From a bacterium (lineage in GTDB: Bacteria > SM23-31), in contig OZ252239.1 in NCBI GenBank assembly GCA_965249485.1, forward strand, positions 2,368,001 through 2,432,000: a DNA stretch of 64,000 nucleotides. The letters are read 5' to 3'. The notes beneath the pieces were generated by a model. That model worked only from the letters and a program-made list of their open reading frames with translations, did not search any database and was not told the origin of the DNA. The position numbers and the translations under genes were made by a program. Shown here piece after piece: positions 30,589-40,327 of this stretch. The stretch's first letter is position 1. The number at the start of each line of letters is the position of its first letter.

Positions 30589-32475
30589 ATGAATAAGATT
30601 CAAAAAATTATCTATAGTATTTGTTCCGTAGCTTTTCTTTTAGTGTATAGTGATGGAGCCTCGCAGTTAGTATCAAATTTTTCTGGTATGCCGGAACCGC
30701 ACTATGAAGTACGTCTAGAAAGAAGCCAATTAATTACCATGTGAGATGGAATACGATTATCGACCGATCTCTATCTTCCGGAGAATACCGATAAGGAATT
30801 ACCGGTTATTCTCATACGGACTCCGTATAAGAAGAATAATTGGAGAGATACAGAGCGCGGTTCAGCAGCGTATATGTTTGCTTCTCAAGGATATGTTGTT
30901 GTCATACAGGATACGAGAGGGAAACATGAATCCGAAGGTATTTTTACTCCCGGAGCGCGCGAGGCTGAGGATGGCTATGATACTGTTGAATGGCTTGCCA
31001 AACAAGCCTGGTCGAGTGGAAAGATCGGCACGTACGGCTGTTCATATTTAGGTGAGGTTCAAATATATCTGGCTCTGTTGAATCATCCGAATCTCGTTGC
31101 TATGATACCGCAGGCGGCTGGCGGTGCGGTTGGTGCGGCAAACGGACGGTATCGGTATTTTGCTACGTGGAGAGACGGTGCGTTTGATTTTGCAAATGGT
31201 ATACGTTGGATGTTTAATTAGGGTAGTAAATACTATTTTAAACCGCCACCGGGTTTGACAGAATCCGAGATAAACAAAATTCTGAAATTTTTTGAACCTG
31301 CACCGGTTAATCTCCCGGAAATTGACTACGAAGAGCTATACTGGAGTCTGCCGACTCGTGATATCATGCAAAAGATTGGAGCACATCCTACTGATTGGGT
31401 CGATTGGCTCACGCATGAGAGCGATGATCCCTGGTGGGACCAAATAAATTTTATCTCAGGAACGGAAAAAATTGATGTGTCTACGTTACATATAAGTTCC
31501 TGGTATGATCCGAGTGTAGAGGAGACGCTTTTTACTTTCAATTATTTTCAGGAAAATGCTCTTTCCGAGATTGCGAAAAACAATCAATACGTGATTATTT
31601 CGCCAACTTTGCACTGCGGCAGTGAACGCGCTACTGAACATACCGTTGTTGGTGTTTGCGATGTAGGGGATGCACGGCTCAATTACTATGAAATATATCT
31701 CAAGTGGTTTGATTACTGGTTAAAAGGTGTAGAAAACGGTATTACGGGTTTACCAAAAGTTCAGTATTATACAATGGGGCGCAATGAGTGGCGCTCAGCA
31801 GACGAGTGGCCCCTACCGGAAACTGACTACACAAAATATTATCTCCACAGCAGCAGCAGTGCAAACAGCCGATATGGAGACGGTCAACTGTCAGACAAGG
31901 TTCCGGAAACCAAGTTGTCCGATACAATACTATATGATCCGGCTAATCCGGTTCCTTCGATAGGAGGTCCGAATGGTCTTCCAAGAGGAGCGCAAGAACA
32001 ATCTATCGTTGAGATTCGTAACGATGTTTTAGTATACACAACCCCTATCCTGAAGAATGGAATAGAATTAACCGGTCCTATTAAAGCAGTACTTTATGTT
32101 TCTTCATCGGCAAAAGATACAGATTTCACTGCACGGCTTATTGATGTTTATCCTGATGGTACAGCATATAATATCCAGGAAGGCATACTTCGCGCGCGCT
32201 ATAGAGAAGGGCTCACGAAGAAAGTATGGATGGAAGAAAAAGAGGTGTATAAAATTCAGATCAATATGGATGCTACCAGCAATTATTTCAAACCGGGACA
32301 TAGAATCCGTTTACAGGTATCCAGTAGTAATTTTCCGCAATATGACCGTAACCTGAACACGGGCGGTAATAATTACGATGAAACTGAATGGGTCATTGCA
32401 GAAAATATGATACACCATTCAAAAAAATATCCGTCTCATTTAATATTGCCTGTCATTCCTGAAGACATTGATTAG
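30589..32475 (+). pseudogene. Secreted CocE/NonD family hydrolase with two in-frame stops (TGA 30742-30744, TAG 31219-31221)
   Basis: One frame from ATG 30589: signal peptide..ITM*DGIRLSTDLYLP..IRTPY..QDTRG..GCSYLG..WMFN*GSK..WYD..SSSNFPQYDRN. The TGA occupies the Arg of the conserved MRDG. Confidence 0.9.
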
Positions 32476-32524
32476 TTACTGCAGATAGTAAAGTGGTATT
32501 ATTAGAAGTAAAGAATATTCAGTG

Positions 32525-32725
32525 TTATTGTTTCCGTTTTAGTTTATATAAGCCGTACCCAAAGATTATAGCGGTATAGATGAACGGATCACCCCAGGGG
32601 ATCGGTGCCGAAGGAGCAGCCGGTGGAGCGGGGGGCTGGGCGAACACTGAATCTATTGAACCTGTAATGAGAGCGAGTGCTCCCAGAAGTGTCATAGTGA
32701 GTACTATGTATAGAGAGTTCTTCAT
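32525..32725 (-). CDS. 66-aa putative exosortase substrate: signal peptide, Pro-rich linker and PIPWG-TM-basic sorting signal
   Basis: MKNSLY..SVFA|QPPAPPAAPSAPIPWGDPFIYTAIIFGYGLYKLKRKQ. Starts 12 nt after the upstream stop, with an AGGA SD. Confidence 0.8.
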   Translation of the reverse strand: MKNSLYIVLTMTLLGALALITGSIDSVFAQPPAPPAAPSAPIPWGDPFIYTAIIFGYGLYKLKRKQ

Positions 32726-32737
32726 TATTGATCGTTC

Positions 32738-35700
32738 CTATTTTATAAGGAGTAAACGCTTTATATTCGTCGTTCCATTCGCCTTGATCCGGTATAAATA
32801 CATCCCGGACGCTACACGAATACCCCGGTCATTCGTTCCATTCCATACGACACGGTGAATCCCCGCCTGCTGGTCCTTGTTGACCAACGTCATTACCTTT
32901 TGGCCGAGTGCGTTGAATATCGTCAGTTCCACCTGGCCCGATTCGGGAAGTCCGTATTCAATTGTAGTCGAAGGGTTAAACGGATTCGGATAGTTCTGGT
33001 TGAGATAGTATGTTGTTGGAATGAGTGCTGATTCCTGGTCTGTTGCTGTACTGAGTGTTATTGTAAAGTACTCAATATGCGTGCCGTCCTGACTCAGTTT
33101 CGGAGTCATATCTATCGGGTCAGGGCTGAGAGCACGCTTCTCAGACGAACTCTTTTGTGACACAACGGGTATCGTGAAGGTATACGAGATCCGCTCACGC
33201 ATATCGATGGCTTCCTGTGTCCGGTTGTTATTTAAGACTATATCGAAGTCTGAATCTATTGCATCGGGCAGAGTCCAGTTCAGTGTAACAGCTCCGGTGG
33301 TTGACCGTGCGGCAACAGCCATTGTCCATTCTAGAGAACTACCCTGCATGACACGAATGTCCTGTGTGTAATTACCCGGACGGAGACTCCATGCTGTATG
33401 GGGAAAATAGACCGATACGAATTCATCGTTTAAAGATGCAAGCTCATAGTTATCGAATTCATCGTACTCAGCATTGGCTAAATCGGAAATACCGATATAG
33501 GTCTGGCTGTCTTCTACGTCACCACTCTTGGCAATGAACCTGATTCGCCAGTCCAGGATAGTTTCGTCATCGTTCGACCGTTTACTTACGCCGGGATAGG
33601 TAATGTCAAACGATTCCGCGTCCACTGACGTATTGACAAAGAACCCTTCCCATGGTGCTATGGCAGCGGTAAGGCCGCCCCCGGGATAAAATTTGTATTC
33701 CGTACCGGTCCACCGGTAGTAGGTAGTGCTGATGCCACCACCGAGTGTCATGTCACTGTCCCAATCGATAGCAACGCTATACGGATTACCGAGCAGATGC
33801 CAACCGTTGCTGTTTGTCAAACTCAGAGAATGTGATATATCTCCCGTCTCTTTAAAACCGTCAACCCCAACATCACCGCTTTTGAATCCATAAAGAATAT
33901 AGCCGGTACCGTTCTCGATAGCAGATGGTACCGTCCATGAGTCTGTCGATTCAGTGTATTCATAAATGCTTGAATTCTTCTCTTCAAACTTGAACGACTT
34001 AATGTCGTCTGCAAAAATATCGCGCGGATCATCGATGTCGTCCGGGTCAAGAGGTATACTGACCATATTCCAGCCGATCGATATCGGTGATGATTCAGAA
34101 GATTCTTCTATCTCAAGTACTCCAAAAATAGAGAAGTGGTTTGTTTTGATTGAGACAGTATTTGCGACTAAATCGATAGTGTGGTCGCCCCGCAATCTTT
34201 TCCATAACTCTAACACAGAATCTCAAATATGGACACGCATATTAGATTCGTCATTTTCAATTTCAACATCCTGAAATTCAATCGTTATCTCTACCGAATC
34301 GTCAAAGGTAAAACCGCTTTCAAATCCTTCAACAATAAAGTTAACCGCAGAAGGTACTCGTGCAAGATCGGCAAGAGGGATGTCATCGGTTGATACAGGC
34401 CGGACAATAATTGTCCGGTCATTCGGGAGTGCATCGGGCGGAATATCTACTTTATGCTTGGTATAAAGACCGCCACCGCCGATTTGTACAATTCCGCCAT
34501 CGTCACCCATTATAATCGACGTATCAGGTTCAAAATTATTACCTGCTGTCAAATCGAAGTCACTGACAGTCAGTGTGATCGATTTCGTTGCGCTTAATGT
34601 TCCGTCTGTAACCGTGAATGTTATAAGGTATGATCCCGATGATTCGAAATCGGTTTGCCACGTCAACAATCCAGAACTTGAATTGAAAGAAACATCTGCA
34701 TCATCAGGTAAATTGGAGGTAAATGATACAGTCAAATTCCCGCTGCCGTTATAGCTGGGATTCGACGAAATCGAAACAAATGCCGGCTCGCTGACCGTCA
34801 AACTCGATGCCAGATTGAGTGAAAGCCCCACATCGATCGTAATTGAAACGGTACTGCTCAAATCACTGACATTGCTCTGAGATTTATCTGCTGAAATTGC
34901 ATAATAATAAGTAACACCACCGGTAACCGTCTGATCGAGATATGTAGTTGTCGGAACCTGAACTTCTGCTATTTTATGAGCAGTTGTAACTGTTGAAGAT
35001 GTATTCCGGTATATAGAGTAGTGAGTAATATCACTTTCCGGACTTGCATTCCACGACAAGCTTACATCGGCACCTGATTGCTGGGCTGTCAATCCAGCCG
35101 GTTGAACAGCAATAAAAAGGCTCGATGTAATATTTGCTGAAAATACTCCATTGCCATGCGTGCCGATAACGACCAGTCCGTCTGTCTCTCTCGAATCGAT
35201 CATATCGACAACCACATTTCCAATACCGTCCGGACTTTCATGCTCCCATATCGTCGATGTTCCATCCAGTGTCGTTGCTGAATAGAGTCCTGTGCTGGTT
35301 CCAACAAAATAAACCGTTGTTATTCCGGCAGGTACTATTTCTGCCCATCGTACAGACGGTCCGTTTCCAGAACCATCGCTAATCTCCTCAAGATTGCCTG
35401 AAACATCTGTCCACGACGTACCGCCGTTTGATGTATAAAAAATGCTCTTTACACTGTAATTTGAAAACGTCACCATTACTTTTTTTGCATCGGCTGGATC
35501 GACTGCAATGCTGCTGACATATGCACTTGCAGGAAACCCTTTTCCGGTCCAGACATCAACCGGTGCAGGATCTGAACTTGCACCGTCTAGACGGTACACT
35601 TTGCCATTGCTCGTTCCGTAGTAAAGCGTATCAGCAGGTGTTTCTGACATACCAAATGCCGATACTATACCGCCACTAACACCTTCGGTGTTCGAAAGAA

Positions 35701-37582
35701 CAGACCAATTAGTACTTGTTGTGTTATTCGAACTTAGTGCGATACCTGTTAGATCACTGTTATACCAGATGCTGTCACCTGCAGCCATATACATCCGATT
35801 CGTATCATTCGGATCAAGAGTAAACGGGTTGATAAAGAGAAAACCGGCTGCACCGGTAGGAGTTACTTTCGTAAAATCTGTTTCCGTACCATTGCTGACG
35901 AGCAGTAAACGGTAGGTGTTGCCATTCTGTGATGACACAAAATATGATGATTTACTATCTGCAATACCAAGATACGATCCGTCTCCGCTGAAAATATCTG
36001 ACCATGAAGCGGTGGCACTCGATGAATTTACAAAATCGGTCCCGTTGTCCTGCATGCCGCCGATTATGACATTATCACCTGAGGAAGCATGGTCGATCCC
36101 GATTGTGTAAAATTGAGTAGTGTGATAACCGTTGTTCAAAAAAGTCCATGCAACTGTACTGGCGGTATTGTCGGTTGTTTTGCTCAATCCGCCGTCATGT
36201 CCTGATATCATAGTATTCGGGTCGGATGGCAGAAACACATTAGAATGAATATCGGGATGGCGATTTGTATAGATTGCAAAACTGTCTTTATTATCGTAAC
36301 CACCTATCCGTGTTTTGTTTGTCGTGCCTGCCGACGCAAATCCATCTGTCGAACGATAGAGAACAGTACCCCCGATAAACACGGTGTTTTCATCGTTCGG
36401 TTTAACAGTTATAAGCATATCATATGAACTTTGTGAATCGAAATCACCGGTCAAACTGGCTTCGGCCGGTAAATTTGTAGACCGGTCAACCCAAGTACCT
36501 CCTGCGCCCGAACCATCTCCCGATACATACGTGTATTTCCAGAGACTGTGATCATTCTGGCCACCACTGGGTGTATGCGCGAGAAAATAGACAACGTTTG
36601 GATTTGACGGAGCAATGCTGATGACAATTCGATTATAGGAAGCGGCAAATACACCCGGTGCTATATCTGTCCATGTTGTTCCGTCAACTGAGCGGTAAAT
36701 TCCGTTTGTTGTTCCCTCACTGCTAAATGTCGCATAAAGAACCGTATCTATAGCAACATCAGTATATGCAGATGCTGTTCCGGTATTGCCAAGTACCGCA
36801 GTCCACGATGTTCCCCCGTTAGTACTTCGGTAAATAGCATCATAGGTTGGTGCATAAACAGCACCGTTACCTGCGGCGGTGCTGTCAACAACGATATTCC
36901 AGATAAAGTCAAAATTTGAGTCAAATGACTGTGGTGTATTTGAAGCGGTTGAAGCAAGTTGTGACCAGGTCAGACCGTCATCAGTTGATTTGAAAATTCC
37001 ATCACCGTTGAAAAATCCTCCCGTGGCCGAGGCCGAGTTTCCTCTGAATTCACCTGTTCCGTAATACCAGGTACTCGTGGAACCTGCCCGCCGGTCCTGA
37101 GCTAATGCCGTAACGCTGTGAAGTTGCAACGGCTGAGTCGTTTTTGACCAGGATGTCCCGCCATTTGTCGTCCGGTACATTCCACCTGATACGCCACCTG
37201 CGAGGATGATGTTTTCGTCATCAGCATCAAGTGGAAGCGCACGAGTACGTCCGCCGACGTTGAATGGTCCTCTCCGGTTCCAGGTTGTCAATTCCGCTGC
37301 AGCAGATCCTTTGTATAATGCAAGAGGAGTGCCTGTAAATCGTGCCGGAATAGATTGAACGAAAGCCAATTCACTTTCACGGATACCAGAAGGAATTACG
37401 TTCGTTGCAGGATCTCTTTGCCGGAGCCATTCCCAGCGTGCACGTGCTTCCGGATCATCTTTCGTCGATGCTGAAGGTGGCACAAACTCGGGAGCAGAAT
37501 CAATAGTATAGTGGGGATCACGGATGAAGAGACACATGAGAACTATGAAAACAGCAAAAAATAATTGGGAAAATCTGACCAT
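32738..37582 (-). pseudogene. Large surface protein (BNR/Asp-box beta-propellers, FN3, Ig/cadherin-like, ZU5-like, T9SS-A/FlgD CTD) split by one in-frame TGA at 34223-34225
   Basis: ORFs 34223..37582 and 32738..34216 are in the same frame (MRVHI*DSVLELW). Repeated S/TxDGGxTW boxes; C-terminal NYPNPFNPSTTI..SGMYLYRI..KRLLLIK. Confidence 0.8.
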
Positions 37583-37868
37583 AAGCGCTACAGGGAGTAA
37601 TCACATTGATTTTTTTTACTGTGGAGTAAAGAAAAGACCTTCTTTTTATATCGGCAGATATTTGTATATCTTCACCTTAAACTGATGCTATAAGACCATT
37701 TATTATCCGATATAGTAAGAAATTACAGTGTTTAGTGTTATTTGACGATTGTAAAAGTAATAATCTATCACTATTACCATTAAAATTATAAGGATTTTGA
37801 ATGTTTTTGTTATATTGAAAATGTAGTGTGATCGGTTAATGGTAAATGTAAATTAAATATACTGGAAA

Positions 37869-38423
37869 ATGAGTAGAAAAGAATCTATAAAAAGTCAATT
37901 TGACAGGTTAATAGACTTTCGGAAATACGGACGCTATGTCGGGATATTTTTTGTTGTCTTATTCTCCTTGTCAATGACGTTCGATAATCTGACATCGGTC
38001 TATATCCAATCTTTTCTTAAACCGGTCGCGTATGCAGGGTATTACGGATTGAAGCTGTCAGGGATTCCTGTCACACTCTATGCCGTCACGCTGCCGCTCG
38101 GCTTCTGTAATTATGTCCTGCCGGATCTCACTTTGCTTGTTAATTTCGGTTGTACCGGAATCTATGTATTTTTTGTGTTTTGTGCTGCCATTGCTGCGTA
38201 TCCTGCCCGGCTGAGAGCAAAAGGAATCGGTATTCTCATCGGAACACCTCTTTTTATGGTGTACAGCGTTCTCCGGCTTATCATTATGGGATACGTCGGC
38301 TATCTGATTCCACAGCATCTCACGATTATCCATTCATTTCTCATGGTTGTCATCAATATTGCATTTATGCTCTGGCTCTATACCAAGTGGATCGAATATG
38401 CGGTTCAAAAATATAGTCAATAA
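37869..38423 (+). CDS. Exosortase/archaeosortase family transpeptidase (short form)
   Basis: Polytopic membrane protein with catalytic residues in canonical order: VNFGCTG (Cys), YSVLRL (Arg), IIHS (His). Also has the IAAYPA..KGIGILIG segment. Confidence 0.85.
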   Translation: MSRKESIKSQFDRLIDFRKYGRYVGIFFVVLFSLSMTFDNLTSVYIQSFLKPVAYAGYYGLKLSGIPVTLYAVTLPLGFCNYVLPDLTLLVNFGCTGIYVFFVFCAAIAAYPARLRAKGIGILIGTPLFMVYSVLRLIIMGYVGYLIPQHLTIIHSFLMVVINIAFMLWLYTKWIEYAVQKYSQ

Positions 38424-38991
38424 CTTTTTTCTGAGTTTTATCGGCATTGCAATTCTTGCTTTGCTTATTTGGGAGCATGTTTCAGCCCTCTACCTGCAAA
38501 TCCTTGCCCCGATTACCAATGCTGTTGCCTCAGTTATCAATCCTGCGGCGCAAGTCCATATCATCGCTGGTATTCTCCAGTTTGAGTATACCGGTATCAC
38601 ACCACAACTTCTTCAGTTTAGCGTTAAGGATGTCGACCAGATTTATCTCAATTCAGTTGTGTTCTTTACACTCATTGTAAGTTCATTCAGAGTACCGGTC
38701 CGGTTCCGTTTGAAAAATTATGTTATCGGTCAGTTTCTTCTCTCTGGTGTTCATGTGAGTTTGCTGATCATGTATACCTATACAAATATCTGGGATTTTG
38801 TCGGTATGCAGCCGGAAGCATCACAAAAATTAATGCAAAATGGTTTGGAAATACTGTTTCCGTCCGGAATTACCGAGCTGTTCGAGACAATTATTTATTA
38901 CTGGAACACATGGGAGTGGGATGTATTACCCCTGATTTTCTGGCTTCCAATAGGGCTTCGACAGTTTTCATATCTTCGCGGTTCGCAATAA
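38398..38991 (+). CDS. Exosortase-associated membrane protein
   Basis: ATG 38398 overlaps the exosortase 3' end. About 4 TM helices; YLN..FFTLIVSS and LPLIFW motifs; no Cys after this start. Confidence 0.65.
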   Translation: MRFKNIVNNFFLSFIGIAILALLIWEHVSALYLQILAPITNAVASVINPAAQVHIIAGILQFEYTGITPQLLQFSVKDVDQIYLNSVVFFTLIVSSFRVPVRFRLKNYVIGQFLLSGVHVSLLIMYTYTNIWDFVGMQPEASQKLMQNGLEILFPSGITELFETIIYYWNTWEWDVLPLIFWLPIGLRQFSYLRGSQ

Positions 38992-39094
38992 TCTCACGTA
39001 CCCAACTGAGAATTCTTCGATTCGTACAAGAATTATTTTTTTAAGTGTTTTCCACATGACATAAATTACCTGTCAGCCGAATAATTGCGTGATT

Positions 39095-40315
39095 TCAATC
39101 AAAGTATCCTGATCCATCCGCTAAGTGTGCCCGACATACTTCTTCATTCAGCTCAACACCGAGCCCGGGATCGTCAGATAATTCGAGATATCCATCTTTG
39201 AAAATTGGACCGTCACGTAGAACAATATCCTGCCAGTGAGGTAGATCAACGCTATCAGATTCCAGAGCAACAAAAGCACGGATAGCAGCACAGGCATGCC
39301 CTGATGCAATAGTACCTAATGGTGTGCAATAGTTATGACAAGCCATTGACATTAAATATATATCTGCCCAATCAGCGAGTTTCTTTGTTATGAGAAGTCC
39401 GCCGACTTTTTGTGGATCAGGATGGATAATATTACACGCCTGATTCTCAATAAGACCGCGCCAGTCTTGTGTGGCATAGAGGTTTTCACCTGATAAAATG
39501 AGAATCGTGGAAGCTATTGTAATACGCTTGTACGCTTCAAAATTCTGTCCTAAAATGGGATCCTCTATATACCACATGTTCAGATGATCCAGCATCCGGA
39601 TGAACTTTAATGCATCACTGGGCAGCAATCGTGCATGAAAATCGACACCAACAGGAAAATCAGGACCCAACTCTTCACGAATTGCTTCGAGGATCTTAAC
39701 CCAGGCTTTCATATCATCGTATGATACGGCTGGATTCCAACGATCACCTTGGAATCGGTTCAAATCAAACTTCATTGACTTAAAACCATGTGCAAGTGAT
39801 TTCTGCGCTTCTTCAACCCAGGCAGACGGATCTGATGTGTCGGGGCTTCCGGTATCGTGATAAATTAGAACTTTATCACGAAATTTACCCCCGAGAAGGG
39901 TATAGACAGGAACATTGAGAATTTTACCCGCCAGATCCCACAAGGCTGTTTCGATTCCGGAAACCGCACCAAGATTTTCCTGTGCTTCACCAGCCGCCAT
40001 TAATCTGTGAAACAGGTAATCAACCTGAAGCGGATCTTCTCCAATAATCCGACCTTTGATGCTATGGAGATAATCAAGAACTCCCTCTCTCGCATACGCT
40101 TCGCCTAGACCGTAGAGACCGGAATCTGTCGTTATTTTCACCAGATGCGCATCATAATTTATCTTTACCGAGGTGGTTTTCACATCGAGGATTTTAACTT
40201 TTCCCAGTTCACTTGTTGCTTTCGGCATAGCATGAATCACTCGAGAGTTGTCAGGAATAAATCCTGCGGCTGCTATGCTTGCTGCAGAAGCGACAAAATT
40301 TCTTCTTGTCAGCAT
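39095..40315 (-). CDS. Mandelate racemase/galactonate dehydratase-like enzyme with Tat signal
   Basis: TRRNFV; SGIETALWDLAGK, KSMKFD, VDFH, IEDP, GEN, HPD, CHN and PGLGVEL motifs. Confidence 0.88.
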   Translation of the reverse strand: MLTRRNFVASAASIAAAGFIPDNSRVIHAMPKATSELGKVKILDVKTTSVKINYDAHLVKITTDSGLYGLGEAYAREGVLDYLHSIKGRIIGEDPLQVDYLFHRLMAAGEAQENLGAVSGIETALWDLAGKILNVPVYTLLGGKFRDKVLIYHDTGSPDTSDPSAWVEEAQKSLAHGFKSMKFDLNRFQGDRWNPAVSYDDMKAWVKILEAIREELGPDFPVGVDFHARLLPSDALKFIRMLDHLNMWYIEDPILGQNFEAYKRITIASTILILSGENLYATQDWRGLIENQACNIIHPDPQKVGGLLITKKLADWADIYLMSMACHNYCTPLGTIASGHACAAIRAFVALESDSVDLPHWQDIVLRDGPIFKDGYLELSDDPGLGVELNEEVCRAHLADGSGYFD

Positions 40316-40327
40316 GAGAGTCTCCTA

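Noticed and set aside
30742..30744. TGA as selenocysteine or an alternative genetic code (also 34223-34225)
   Set aside because: The positions correspond to Arg (MRDG) and probably Trp, not Cys. No SECIS-like hairpin was evident, and TGA ends normal genes (e.g. 3086, 21170, 62396).
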